Positions 1-10,093 of a stretch of DNA of 64,000 nt are shown piece after piece. The stretch is from an uncultured Nitrospinota bacterium (GTDB lineage: Bacteria > Tectomicrobia > Entotheonellia > J063 > CAVPRW01). The position numbers were made by a program, and so were the translations under genes. The stretch is taken from NCBI GenBank assembly GCA_963707985.1, contig CAVPRW010000010.1, positions 160,001 through 224,000 on the forward strand. Direction: 5' to 3'. Under the pieces are notes generated by a model that had not been told where the DNA came from, searched no databases, and saw nothing but the letters and a program-made list of their open reading frames with translations. Numbering within the stretch: the first letter of the stretch is position 1; each line of letters starts with the position of its first letter.

Positions 1-2
1 TG

Positions 3-965
3 GTTGATTACAGCAACCTGCAGCGTCAAGTCATTCACGGGACGAAGGATGTGGGACGTCCCAAGCTGCAATCCGCCAAAGACCGCCTGATGGACGTCAA
101 TCCCTTCGTGCAGATTGACACCTATGAAACGACCCTCAGGTCCGACAACGCCCTAGAGCTTTTCGAAGATTACGATGTGATCATCGATGGAACCGATAAT
201 TTTCCGACGCGCTATCTGACCAATGATGCTAGTGTCCTGCTGGGCAAGCCGAACGTGTATGGCTCGATCTTCCGCTTCGAAGGACAGGCATCGGTGTTCT
301 TCCCACGCGGTGGCGGCCCATGCTACCGCTGTCTGTACCCGGATCCACCCCCACCAGGGCTGGTGCCATCATGCGCTGAGGGCGGTGTCTTGGGGATTCT
401 GCCAGGCATTGTCGGGCTGATCCAGGCGGCAGAAGCGGTCAAGTTGATTCTTGGAGAAGGGGAATCATTGATCGGTCGCCTGTTGCTCTTTAATGCCCTG
501 CAAATGCGCTTTCGCGAGTTGAAATTGCGCCGTGATCCTAGCTGCCCATTATGTGGAGAGAATCCGGTCATTCGGGAACTCATCGATTACGATCAGTTCT
601 GCGGCATCACTCCACCTGAGGAGGAGACAACCGAGGCGGCCGACTGGGAGATCACTGTCACCGATTTGAAAGGAAAATTGGATCGGGGGGAGCCACTTAC
701 CATCATCGACGTGCGCGACCCACACGAATGGCAGATCTGCAATCTCGAAACGTACGGCTCGAAGCTCATCCCACTTGGCCAGTTCGCGGCGCGGATGTCT
801 GAGCTGAACAGTGAGGACGACATCGTTGTGCACTGTAAAATGGGTGGCCGCAGTGCCGATGCCTACCGAATGCTCCAACAGGCGGGGTTCAAACGGATCA
901 AGAATCTTAAGGGTGGAATAACGGCCTGGGCGGACCAGGTTGATCCGACAGTGCCGAAGTATTAA
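3..965 (+). CDS. moeB: MoeB/MoeZ sulfur-carrier adenylyltransferase with C-terminal rhodanese domain (5' end outside window)
   Basis: Frame is open from the window edge: VDYSNLQRQVIHG, DGTDNFPTRY, CYRC and CPLC Zn motifs, rhodanese CKMGGRS. Confidence 0.95.
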   Translation, partial: VDYSNLQRQVIHGTKDVGRPKLQSAKDRLMDVNPFVQIDTYETTLRSDNALELFEDYDVIIDGTDNFPTRYLTNDASVLLGKPNVYGSIFRFEGQASVFFPRGGGPCYRCLYPDPPPPGLVPSCAEGGVLGILPGIVGLIQAAEAVKLILGEGESLIGRLLLFNALQMRFRELKLRRDPSCPLCGENPVIRELIDYDQFCGITPPEEETTEAADWEITVTDLKGKLDRGEPLTIIDVRDPHEWQICNLETYGSKLIPLGQFAARMSELNSEDDIVVHCKMGGRSADAYRMLQQAGFKRIKNLKGGITAWADQVDPTVPKY

Positions 966-1140
966 GGTCCATCAGGTGCACAACATTCGGGCGGTGCGGC
1001 TCCTATGAGTCTGGTCTTATCCCGCACGAGTCTGCGAGTGATCGTGAAGGGCAACGCAGCGGCCGGGGTACCGCCGCTGCGCTTGTCCCCGAGCGGTTAT
1101 CGTATTGACGGGCATCAGGCGTACGATAGGGGTGGCAATG

Positions 1141-1422
1141 ATGGCTGACATTTTCCTTACCTGTCTTACCTGAGGCTGGGAGCCCCTTTGCAACAGTTGT
1201 TGCAACCGGGAACGTGAGCAGCCATTTCATGCGGTTGAGGTCGATGAGCTCATCACACCCGAAGAACAAAAGCCCTTTGCCTTTTCTCTGGCCAACTGGC
1301 ATGGTGTGCAGCACCTTCGCATGGCCTCTGTCCCCCGTGGAGGGGTCGTTAACTTGGACCAGCTCCACATGGATGATTGCCAGATCGTCTACGAGTGCCC
1401 GCAATATCAGTCCCGGGCTTAA
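1141..1422 (+). CDS. Putative selenoprotein, 93 aa, CxxU plus CxxCC motifs (MADIFLTCLTUGWEPLCNSCCNRE...VYECPQYQSRA)
   Basis: AGGGGT RBS at 1128-1133, ATG at 1141 (alt. 1138), in-frame TGA at 1171-1173 after C-L-T, 82 further sense codons to TAA, SECIS-like hairpin 21 nt downstream; co-oriented between moeB and cysteine synthase. Confidence 0.75.
1184..1210 (+). promoter_or_regulatory. Bacterial SECIS-like stem-loop
   Basis: TTGCAAC-AGTT-GTTGCAA perfect 7-bp stem (1188-1205), GU in the apical loop, lower CCC/GGG pairing. Confidence 0.7.
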
Positions 1423-1635
1423 GCCCATCTCGCCCATCAGCCCAACCTCGTTTCGCAGCCGCTCGACAATAAGCACGAGATTGCTACCTCGCGCAGATGT
1501 CTGGTTTATTCAACGTCCCGTATTTCGCGATGCCACACCTCACACTGGCGCCGCAACAGCCGTGGACTGTCTGGCTCTACGCGAAGCCATCGTCCGTGGC
1601 TTGACGCAGGAAAGCACCGAACGCGAGGTCATTTC

Positions 1636-2577
1636 ATGAGTGCCGACCGTGAGCCGATGGAGCAACGTCACACCCTGGCACGCGACTCCATTTTGGGGCA
1701 GATTGGCAATACGCCCCTGCTCCGGTTTATGAACATTGGGAAGGAATTTGACCATGTGGAAATCTACGGCAAAGCCGAGTGGTTCAATCCGGGCGGATCC
1801 GTCAAGGATCGCCCAGCCCTGCGCATGATCAAAGAGGGGGAGAGATCCGGTGCCCTCACACGGGATAAGATCATCCTCGACTCCACCTCTGGAAACACCG
1901 GTATTGCCTATGCGCTGATCGGCGCCGTTATGGGCTATCGTGTCGAGTTGGCTGTACCGCGCAGTGTCAGCCAGGAACGCAAGCGGATGTTGGAGGCGTA
2001 TGGGGCCCATGTGATCTACACTGATCCGCTTGAAGGCTCGGATGGTGCGATTCGCGAAGCGCATCGACGTTATCAGGCCGATCCCGAGAAATATTTCATG
2101 CCGGATCAATACAACAACCCGGCCAACTGGCAGGCGCATTATGACACCACTGGCCCCGAGATCATTGAGCAGACCAGAGGTCGTATCACCCACTTTGTCG
2201 CCGGTGTGGGCACCAGCGGCACCCTCATGGGGACGGGGCGCCGACTGCGTGAATTCAGTGCTGCGATTCAAATCGTGGCGCTGCAGCCGGCCGAGGATCT
2301 GCATGGCATCGAAGGGCTGAAACACATGGCGACCGCCATTGTCCCCGGCATCTGGGATGAAGGCTTTGCCGATCGGCAATTGTCGGTAGAGACGGAAGAC
2401 GCGTATAACATGGCCCGACGCCTCGCCCTCGAGGAAGGCATGCTGGTGGGGCAATCGGCTGGGGCTGCGGTATGCGCCGCGATCGAGCTGGCCCGCCAGA
2501 TTTCCGAAGGGGTCATCGTGACGATTTTGCCAGATGCCGGCGATCGCTACTTCAGCACGCGTCTCTGGGAAGCCTAA
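1636..2577 (+). CDS. cysM: PLP-dependent cysteine synthase (CysK/CysM family)
   Basis: IGNTPL, NPGGSVKDR (PLP Lys), TSGNTG, GVGTSGT motifs. Confidence 0.9.
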   Translation: MSADREPMEQRHTLARDSILGQIGNTPLLRFMNIGKEFDHVEIYGKAEWFNPGGSVKDRPALRMIKEGERSGALTRDKIILDSTSGNTGIAYALIGAVMGYRVELAVPRSVSQERKRMLEAYGAHVIYTDPLEGSDGAIREAHRRYQADPEKYFMPDQYNNPANWQAHYDTTGPEIIEQTRGRITHFVAGVGTSGTLMGTGRRLREFSAAIQIVALQPAEDLHGIEGLKHMATAIVPGIWDEGFADRQLSVETEDAYNMARRLALEEGMLVGQSAGAAVCAAIELARQISEGVIVTILPDAGDRYFSTRLWEA

Positions 2578-2698
2578 GCTTCCATCAGCGGGAACGCTCA
2601 TCGGATTTGCACAAGGAGGTTCAGCACAAGCCCATTAGCGAGGTGTCGTGTAAGTTCATCCACGAATGCCAACATGCAGGATCAGGAGGGAGCGTTAC

Positions 2699-3025
2699 AT
2701 GGGAAAGGCGCAGGATGTGACCGATGCGACGTTTGAGCAAGAGGTACTCAACTCCGCTCTGCCGGTGCTTATTGACCTATGGGCCCCCTGGTGTGGTCCC
2801 TGTAAAGCGATAGCACCAATCGTCGAGGAGTTGGCTGGTGAATATGAGGGACGGCTGAAGGTCATGAAATTGGATGTCGACGGCAACGGCAACACGCCTG
2901 TCACCTATGGGGTACAGAGCATTCCGACGCTGCTGCTGTTCAAAGGTGGAGAACTGGTGGAGCAGATCAAGGGCGCGGTGCCAAAGCAGCGGATTGTGGA
3001 TACGATTCAGAACGTCGTGGACTAA
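2699..3025 (+). CDS. trxA: Thioredoxin
   Basis: WAPWCGPCK; AGGAGG RBS before ATG 2699. Confidence 0.95.
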   Translation: MGKAQDVTDATFEQEVLNSALPVLIDLWAPWCGPCKAIAPIVEELAGEYEGRLKVMKLDVDGNGNTPVTYGVQSIPTLLLFKGGELVEQIKGAVPKQRIVDTIQNVVD

Positions 3026-3045
3026 GGATCATCACCCTAAAATAC

Positions 3046-3076
3046 GTTGGGGGTCCGTGTCTGACGGACCCCCAAC
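3046..3076 (+). terminator. 13-bp perfect hairpin after trxA (terminator-like or stabilising; no U tract)
   Basis: GTTGGGGGTCCGT-gtctg-ACGGACCCCCAAC. Confidence 0.55.
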
Positions 3077-3541
3077 ATCCCAGAACGGTATCCCCCGCTC
3101 TATGCGCCTCTCGGCGAGAGAAATCCCTTCCATCTGCACAAGGTCCACATGAGGCGCAGCCTGCACCTTCGGGGGCGCCCTGTTCTGGATTGACCAGCGC
3201 ACTTCAGCCGATTCTCCCTACCGTCCCACACTTCAGAGCGCTCAATAGCGTTCTTACTCCGCTCCGAGCGAGACGAGTGCTAGATTGGCAGGCAGTCCCA
3301 ACCGCTCTGTGCCCCTCTTGTGTGCAACCGTTCACAGATGACTTTTCTTCGAGATGAGCCCAACCGACAGCGTAGCAGCTTTCTGCGGCTAGTTGGCGAC
3401 TTCATCCGGTGAAAGGGAGGATGGCAAGCTTCTTGAGTGTGGATAGCAGACTCGTGTCAGCAAATCACAGACTATGTCTTGGCGTATTAACGGCCCTAGC
3501 CTCGAGGATGGGCGACAATTGATGGAAGGACAGGCATCTCC

Positions 3542-5113
3542 ATGAACAGTTGGCATACGACGAAATGGCTGGGGACCGCCGCCAGGGCGGTGTGCCTCGG
3601 CCTGGCGATCTGTATCCTGAGCGTACAAGCGTCTGAAACCCCGAAGCGGGCCCCTCAGCTGGTCATCGCGCAATTGGGGAATCCTGCGGCCCTGAATAGC
3701 TGGAATTGGACAGCCGGTAGCGAGTCTGACATCCTCTCACACATGCAAGAATCCTTGATGCAATATGACCGACAAGCCAAGCTGCAGCCACTGCTCGCCG
3801 AAAGCGTTGAGATGAATAACGCCACGGACTGGATCTTGAAGGTCCGCAAAGGTGTCAAGTTTCATGATCCCGATCTCGGTGAGATGACGGCCGAGGATGT
3901 CAAAGCCAGCATCGAAGCTAATTTGCGCAATGGCACCGGACATTCGCTGCGTGTGCCGACCGTGATGCGCGAGGGCACTGTGGAGGTCATCGATACCTAC
4001 ACTCTGCGTTGGAAGCTGAGGGACCCAGGGTTAGTCACGCTACCACAATGGCTTACGGATATGTACGTCAACTCGAAGAAATACCTCGAGCGGGAAGGCT
4101 ATGATGCTGCCGGCCGCCGCCCGGTGGGGACCGGTCCGTACAAGTTCGTGGAGTGGTCTCCCAATCAGCAGATCGTCATGGAGGTGTTCAAGGATTATTG
4201 GCGCCCCTTACCGGCTTTCGACCGCCTGGTTTGGCGTATTATCCCCGACCCCTCGACGCGCAAGAACGAGTTTCTCACCGGCGGCATCGACGTCTTGCCC
4301 TTTGTCACGCCCGAGATCGTCCCGGAAATTCACACGAAGCCGAATTTACGCATCGAGAGCGTGTTGAGCACACGACTCATGTTCGTGGGCTTGCCGGTGG
4401 ACAATCCTTTACTGGCGGATAAGCGAGTACGGCTGGCACTGAACCTGGCGGTGAATAAACGCGAGATGATCGAGCAATTGTTCCGGGGCATCGGAGCCGC
4501 TGAGCTCACGGTCCCCTTGCCATTGACGCTAGCTGAACGTAATCCGAACCTGGAAGGCTATCCCTATGATCCTGATAAGGCCCAGAAGCTCCTCAAGGAG
4601 GCCGGCGCCATCGGCAAGACCATCACCCTCGAGGCACCGTATAACCGCTATACGCTGGATCGTGAAATGGGAGAAGCCCTTGCCGGGTATTGGGAGGCAG
4701 TGGGTTTGAAGGTCGATTACAAACCCCAGGACTGGGCTACATATTCGCCCCGCGCCCTACGTGGCTCGCCAACTTGGCCCACCAATCCCTTCTTGATGGG
4801 TTTCGGCGATGGACGCTACCTGGCCGACTACATGTATGATTTGTGGATTGTCAAAAAGCCTGGGGGTAGCCGTGGGGCGGTGTATACCAAAGGGCCGGAT
4901 CACTGGGACGAATGGGTGCGGGAGATCAGTCTCCTGAGTTTACAGGACCCCCGACGGCGAGAGCTACTCTATAAACTGCAAGAAGAGATCATGGAGTATG
5001 CCCCATGGGTCCTGGTACTCAATTTCAAGGATATTTACGCGCTCAATAGCAAAGTAGACTGGAAACCATTTTCCAATGAACGTCGTGACATGTACGATGC
5101 TAAACCCCGCTAA
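3542..5113 (+). CDS. ABC transporter substrate-binding protein, family 5 (Dpp/Opp/Nik)
   Basis: Signal peptide, LRKGVKFHD-like motif, PVGTGPYKF, KRVRLALNLAVN. Confidence 0.92.
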   Translation: MNSWHTTKWLGTAARAVCLGLAICILSVQASETPKRAPQLVIAQLGNPAALNSWNWTAGSESDILSHMQESLMQYDRQAKLQPLLAESVEMNNATDWILKVRKGVKFHDPDLGEMTAEDVKASIEANLRNGTGHSLRVPTVMREGTVEVIDTYTLRWKLRDPGLVTLPQWLTDMYVNSKKYLEREGYDAAGRRPVGTGPYKFVEWSPNQQIVMEVFKDYWRPLPAFDRLVWRIIPDPSTRKNEFLTGGIDVLPFVTPEIVPEIHTKPNLRIESVLSTRLMFVGLPVDNPLLADKRVRLALNLAVNKREMIEQLFRGIGAAELTVPLPLTLAERNPNLEGYPYDPDKAQKLLKEAGAIGKTITLEAPYNRYTLDREMGEALAGYWEAVGLKVDYKPQDWATYSPRALRGSPTWPTNPFLMGFGDGRYLADYMYDLWIVKKPGGSRGAVYTKGPDHWDEWVREISLLSLQDPRRRELLYKLQEEIMEYAPWVLVLNFKDIYALNSKVDWKPFSNERRDMYDAKPR

Positions 5114-5132
5114 TGTGAGAGTGATGTGACGG

Positions 5133-6047
5133 ATGCACCGATTTATCATCGAACGATTGATTCAGAGCATGGTCATCGTGGCAGTGGTCAGCGTCATCGT
5201 CTTCCTCTTCGTGCATGCCTCCGGTGATCCCGCGGCTCTTCTCGTGCCGGAGCAGGCCACGCCCGCCGACGCCGCTAACTACCGGAAAGCCCTGGGATTG
5301 GATCGCCCGGTCTACGAGCAATATGTCCAGTTCATGAGCCATTTTTGGTTCAGTGATACGGTCAAATCATTTCGCTTTCAACAGCCATTGCTTCCGCTCG
5401 TGCTGCAACACTTGAAGTTCACGCTCATCCTTGCCGGACTGACAATCGTTGTCAGCAGCCTGCTGGCGGTACCCCTGGGTATTTTCTCCGCTTTGAGGCG
5501 GGGCTCGGTGATGGATGTCGGCATCCGCCTGGTCGCGGTCATGGGCCAGTCGATGCCGAGCTTTTGGGTCGCCATGCTACTGATGTTGATTCTAGCCGTG
5601 CATCTGCGGCTGTTCCCCGTGTCGGGCGTGGGCGTGGCGCAGATCGTGCTCCCAGCCATGACATTGGCGTTCTTTCAAGTGGCGGTATTGCTCCGTCTGG
5701 TGCGCTCGGAGATGTTGGAAGTGATGGGCCAGGAGTACGTCCGGACGGCTCGGGCGAAGGGGGTTCCAGAGCTCTGGGTGACTGTCCGACATGCGCTCAA
5801 GAATGCGGCCATTCCGGTCATTACCGTGATGGGACTGCAATTCGGTGCCTTGGTGCAGGGGGCGATCGTGGTGGAGCCGATCTTTGCCTGGCCAGGCCTC
5901 GGCTGGCTTCTGGTGGAATCGATTGCGGCGCGTGATTTTCCAGTTGTGGTCGCCGGGGCCATCATCGCGGCTGTGTTTGTCACCCTGGTGAACCTCATCG
6001 TAGATCTCCTGTATGGCTGGCTCGATCCACGCATTCGGGTGAACTGA
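5133..6047 (+). CDS. ABC permease, DppB/OppB-like
   Basis: LGLDRP, YVRTARAKG EAA loop, LDPRIR. Confidence 0.92.
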   Translation: MHRFIIERLIQSMVIVAVVSVIVFLFVHASGDPAALLVPEQATPADAANYRKALGLDRPVYEQYVQFMSHFWFSDTVKSFRFQQPLLPLVLQHLKFTLILAGLTIVVSSLLAVPLGIFSALRRGSVMDVGIRLVAVMGQSMPSFWVAMLLMLILAVHLRLFPVSGVGVAQIVLPAMTLAFFQVAVLLRLVRSEMLEVMGQEYVRTARAKGVPELWVTVRHALKNAAIPVITVMGLQFGALVQGAIVVEPIFAWPGLGWLLVESIAARDFPVVVAGAIIAAVFVTLVNLIVDLLYGWLDPRIRVN

Positions 6048-6048
6048 G

Positions 6049-6966
6049 ATGGTTGACGTCGCAGTGATGAGTCATGAAACCTTGGTAAAGGATCGTTTGT
6101 TCAGATGGCGGGAGCGCTTTCTGCGCGGAAAACTGGCGGGCAATGTCGCCTTCTGGGCTGCGGCAACGGTTCTCCTGATGTTCACTGGGATGGCCGTTTG
6201 GCCTCAGGCGTTGGCCCCCTATAACCCGCGTCTGGGACGTTTGGCCGATCGGCATAAACCACCTGGATATGTCGATGCTACCGGAGGCGTCCACTGGCTG
6301 GGCACAGATCACCAGGGCCGTGATGTGTTGAGCCGCGTCATTTATGGCGCTCAAGTGTCCCTGACGGTCGGGTACTCGGGAGTTATCATTGGCGCGCTCG
6401 TGGGGATTGCGATCGGTCTCTTGGCCGGCTATCGCGGTGGAACCTTCGATCAAGTGGCGATGCGGGTGGTGGATGCCTGGCTAAGTTTCCCGTACATTCT
6501 CATCGCCATCGTCTGGGCGGTGACCATCGGTAGCGGCGTGCTCAATCTGGTAGCCATTCTTGCCGTGCGTGGCTGGGTCGAGTTCGCCAGGGTCGGCCGT
6601 GGTCAGTCCCTGGCTATTCGCCAGCGCGAATATATCACGGCCGTGCGCGCCCTGGGAGGAGGGGATTGGCGCATTATGTTGCGCCACATGCTCCCCAACA
6701 TCATGGCGCCCATTCTTGTGGTGGCGGGTTTCCAACTAGGACGTTTGATTTTGCTGGAGGCGACGCTGTCGTTCCTGGGGCTCGGAGTGGAGCCGCGCAC
6801 ACCGGCGTGGGGGAGCATGCTCTCCGATGCGCGTGGCTATCTGAATGTCGCTTGGTGGACGGTCACTTTTCCCGGTATCGCCATTGCCCTGGTGGTGTTG
6901 GCTGCCAACTTCATGGGTGACAGCCTGCGAGACCGCCTGGACCCAGCCTTGCGGAACAATACCTGA
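6049..6966 (+). CDS. ABC permease, DppC/OppC-like
   Basis: HWLGTDHQGRDVLSR, EATLSFLGLG, GDSLRDRLDP. Confidence 0.92.
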   Translation: MVDVAVMSHETLVKDRLFRWRERFLRGKLAGNVAFWAAATVLLMFTGMAVWPQALAPYNPRLGRLADRHKPPGYVDATGGVHWLGTDHQGRDVLSRVIYGAQVSLTVGYSGVIIGALVGIAIGLLAGYRGGTFDQVAMRVVDAWLSFPYILIAIVWAVTIGSGVLNLVAILAVRGWVEFARVGRGQSLAIRQREYITAVRALGGGDWRIMLRHMLPNIMAPILVVAGFQLGRLILLEATLSFLGLGVEPRTPAWGSMLSDARGYLNVAWWTVTFPGIAIALVVLAANFMGDSLRDRLDPALRNNT

Positions 6967-6994
6967 CCGTGGGCTCCATGCTGACCGCGACCTC

Positions 6995-8338
6995 TCATCG
7001 GTTGTCCGGCTTGGGAGGCAGTTTGGACGGGCGTGGCAGCTGGCGAGCGGCGGGCTTCGTTGGCACCTTCTTGGCAGGAGTTCGTGGCATCTTTCCACCT
7101 CCTGTCTGAGGCGACTTCGTCTGAGGTGCTGAGGGACGCTTGGGCGGAGCCTCGAACAACACCTGGAGCAAATCGTTCAGTTCCGGTGGCGGAGCCAGTT
7201 CTTCCTCGGGCGCATAGGGATTAAGGCGTAGCGTGGTTTGAGCCGTCATGGCCGGGACGAAGTTGGCGACGGCCGGCACCTTCGAGGCGATGGTGACGCC
7301 GACCTCATCGTCGACGTCCATCGTGTCAATGCGCTGATCCCAATCGAGGATGGCTCGCGTGGCGGCGTACACATCGCGCAGGTCGCTGACGCTGCCAACG
7401 CTCATGCCTCCAGTGCCGAGTCGCATGACCAGTGGAAATGCTGACTTGTTGGCGATCGGCAAGCGCCGTTGCTTGGCCTCTTCCAAGAGGGGTGGCGGCA
7501 CGTCGCGCTGGGGTGTAAAGGTCAAGCCGACAGCAGAAACTGACATGAGCTTGGCGAGCATTTCGTCTTCTTGCTGTTGCCGTTTCTTACTCATTCGGCC
7601 CTTACCGATCACCTTCCCGGTCTGCTCCATCTGGTCGATATGCTGCACGCTGAATTCGTAAAAGCGCCGAAAATCATCAAGCGAGGCATAAAGCGCCAGC
7701 CCAAATTCCTGCCCCAGATTTCCCATGATGATGCCATAGAGTGTCTTCGCGTCGCCAGTTGGGGGTTGGAGATTGATCTCGAACATCACTTCGTCGCCAA
7801 AATCAAGCCATAATTCGGCGCCATAGAATGCTTTGGCAGCACTAAACAACTCGCGTAAGCCCTCATCACTCAGCGTCTCACCGGTACGTGCGGCTTGCGT
7901 CCGGTAGTCTCTAGCCCCCCCGCCGAACTCTGTCGCCATCTCGTCGACCAAGGCATCGAGAACGACAAGCTGAGCGGCCACCTCCAAACGTATACCCGCG
8001 GCCGTCAGCGTTGCGTCGATTTCTTCGGCCTCCGTTTGTGAGTTGACCCGAATGAGCTGCGGTCGGCGCGGCTTACCGAGCATCGGTTGGCGCATCGCCT
8101 CCAGGATGAAATCCGCTAGTGCCGTCGGTGGAGCACTGGAGGGGACGATATTGGCCTGTACCACGCCGCCCTGGCCGCTGGCATGGACGGCCAGTAGGAT
8201 CTCAGGTCGCTCCCCCTTACGTTCCAGTTCGGCAATAGAGATATTCAGCCGCCGCCGCCCTACTTCCCACACCTCACCGCTAGCCTGTGGCAGGCGGGCG
8301 ATCAGCGCGGTCTCGATCTTGATGATTTTCCCGGTCAT
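6995..8338 (-). CDS. Hypothetical protein
   Basis: 447-aa ORF with RBS and natural composition; no motif recognised. Confidence 0.7.
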   Translation of the reverse strand: MTGKIIKIETALIARLPQASGEVWEVGRRRLNISIAELERKGERPEILLAVHASGQGGVVQANIVPSSAPPTALADFILEAMRQPMLGKPRRPQLIRVNSQTEAEEIDATLTAAGIRLEVAAQLVVLDALVDEMATEFGGGARDYRTQAARTGETLSDEGLRELFSAAKAFYGAELWLDFGDEVMFEINLQPPTGDAKTLYGIIMGNLGQEFGLALYASLDDFRRFYEFSVQHIDQMEQTGKVIGKGRMSKKRQQQEDEMLAKLMSVSAVGLTFTPQRDVPPPLLEEAKQRRLPIANKSAFPLVMRLGTGGMSVGSVSDLRDVYAATRAILDWDQRIDTMDVDDEVGVTIASKVPAVANFVPAMTAQTTLRLNPYAPEEELAPPPELNDLLQVLFEAPPKRPSAPQTKSPQTGGGKMPRTPAKKVPTKPAARQLPRPSKLPPKPDNR

Positions 8339-8431
8339 AGTTGGCTTTCCTTTGCTCGTTCCCGCGTCACAGATGTTCGGTGCACGATCCGGCCCGCCTA
8401 GGTAGTGGTCCAGGTCAGTTCGAACGCTCGT

Positions 8432-9991
8432 CTATTTGATCTGCATTGTAGAACTTTTCCGCGATGCCTGCGAGAGCAATGCGGGGACAAGGGCTAATAA
8501 TGTGACCGCACAGAGGAGCAAGAACGTATCCTGATAGGCTGCCAGCTGGGCTTGTTGAAGCAGATGGTCACGCAGGATGGCCAGAGTCTTCCCTCCCACC
8601 ACTCCCCCCAACTCACCCGCATGCATCAGCAACTGTGCCACGGTAGTGGCCGTTTCGCGTACACTCAGTGTGGAGACTTCATGTCCCTCTCCGAGGCCGA
8701 TCAGATGGACCATGGTCCGATATTCGAGAACTGTGCTACCAAGGGCGATCCCAAAGGCGCTCGCCAGGCCGCGGTGGACCCCATCCAATCCCGATCCCAT
8801 GCTCAGCCGGTCGTTCGGCAAGGTTTTGAACACGATGCTGGTCAGCGGGGTATACACGCAGCCAAATGACATGCGGTATAAGACAACTAAGAAGGTGAAC
8901 CAGAGTGTGCTCACCTCCAGCGAAGTCAAACCAAAATAATACATTGCCACCGCATGTACTAAGAGGCCCAGAAATATTGGCCCGCGAGGATCGATGACGT
9001 CGGCCAGGCGCCCTGCCGTGACCCCGGCGAGCCCCATCGCCACGGCGCCAGGCGCCAGAATGATGCCAGCCTGGAAGGGGCTCAACAGAAACACTTGTTG
9101 GAGTATCAAGGCGGTGAGGAAATTGGCGCTGTTGAAGGCGGACTCATACAGAAATGCCGCGATGGAGGCGATGACAAAGCGTGCGTTGCGGTACAGACTG
9201 ACATCCACGAAGGGGCGTTTCACGGTCAACTCCAACACGATAAACGCCACGAAGAACACGCCAGCGATGGCAAACAGACTACGAATATAGGTGGAATCCC
9301 AGCCCTGCCGTTGTCCTTGCGTCATCGCGAGCAAGAGCGCGACGATCCAGATAGCCATGGTCAGGAGGCCAAAGGGATCAAAGCCGGGACGCGGCGGCCG
9401 CGCCGTTTTGGGCAAGATGATGGGTGCCATGATGAAGCTGATGACAGCCGTGGGCAGCGACAGGTAAAACATGGCGCGCCAGCTATATTCTTGAACGAGA
9501 TATCCTCCCAGCGAGGGACCGATTGTCGGTCCCATCGATCCTGCCAACAACAATAGGCCCAACACCAGACCTCGCTGCCGGAGTGGAAATACCTCATACA
9601 GGATCACCATACCGGTTACCTGGGCGGGAGCAGCGCCAAGCCCTTGTATGACGCGAAACACGATGAGAGATTCGAGGTTCCATGCCATGCCACAGCAGAT
9701 CGTCGACACCACTGTCGTAAACAGGCCCGCCAGATACAGCGTGCGATTCCCCATCAGGCTGCTGAGCCATCCCAGGGCCGGCATGGGCACTGTCCGTGCG
9801 ATCTGAAAGCCGGTCATCACCCAGTGGATGCTGGTGATATCGGCGCTCATGGCACTCATGATCTTGGGGAGCGCCACAACGGTGGCGAACATGCTAAACG
9901 CAAGGGTGATCTGGCCCAGAAGGATCGTAATGGCGAGCCACCAGCGCGAGCGGGTTGGCTCTATGCGTGCTAAAGGCGGTTCCGTTGGCAT
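8432..9991 (-). CDS. DHA2 (EmrB/QacA) MFS efflux transporter
   Basis: About 14 TM helices; VALPKIM, FRVIQGLG, GPTIGPSLGGY. Start moved to ATG 9991 because the longer ORF runs through the tRNA fragment. Confidence 0.9.
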   Translation of the reverse strand: MPTEPPLARIEPTRSRWWLAITILLGQITLAFSMFATVVALPKIMSAMSADITSIHWVMTGFQIARTVPMPALGWLSSLMGNRTLYLAGLFTTVVSTICCGMAWNLESLIVFRVIQGLGAAPAQVTGMVILYEVFPLRQRGLVLGLLLLAGSMGPTIGPSLGGYLVQEYSWRAMFYLSLPTAVISFIMAPIILPKTARPPRPGFDPFGLLTMAIWIVALLLAMTQGQRQGWDSTYIRSLFAIAGVFFVAFIVLELTVKRPFVDVSLYRNARFVIASIAAFLYESAFNSANFLTALILQQVFLLSPFQAGIILAPGAVAMGLAGVTAGRLADVIDPRGPIFLGLLVHAVAMYYFGLTSLEVSTLWFTFLVVLYRMSFGCVYTPLTSIVFKTLPNDRLSMGSGLDGVHRGLASAFGIALGSTVLEYRTMVHLIGLGEGHEVSTLSVRETATTVAQLLMHAGELGGVVGGKTLAILRDHLLQQAQLAAYQDTFLLLCAVTLLALVPALLSQASRKSSTMQIK

Positions 9992-10048
9992 CGGAAGGGC
10001 AGGTTCCACCAGGGATGGCGATATGGGCGTCTCGGCATCGACCTGAAG

Positions 10049-10093
10049 TACGCCTGGAGGGAATCGAACCCCCAGACCTCCTGGTTCGAAGCC
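10049..10093 (-). tRNA. 3' half of tRNA-Arg(TCG), att-like fragment rather than a complete gene
   Basis: Minus strand reads GG-CTTCGAA-CCAGG-AGGTCT-GGGGG-TTCGATT-CCCTC-CAGGCGT-A: anticodon loop, T-arm and 3' acceptor strand; D-arm and 5' strand absent. Confidence 0.85.

Noticed and set aside
1000..1095. SAM or other riboswitch upstream of the sulfur genes
   Set aside because: Only a GC hairpin (GCAGCGG..CCGCTGC); conserved SAM-I core not found
1003..1639. ORF-track calls 1003-1476(-) and 1214-1639(+)
   Set aside because: No motifs or RBS; they shadow the UGA-containing frame 1141-1422
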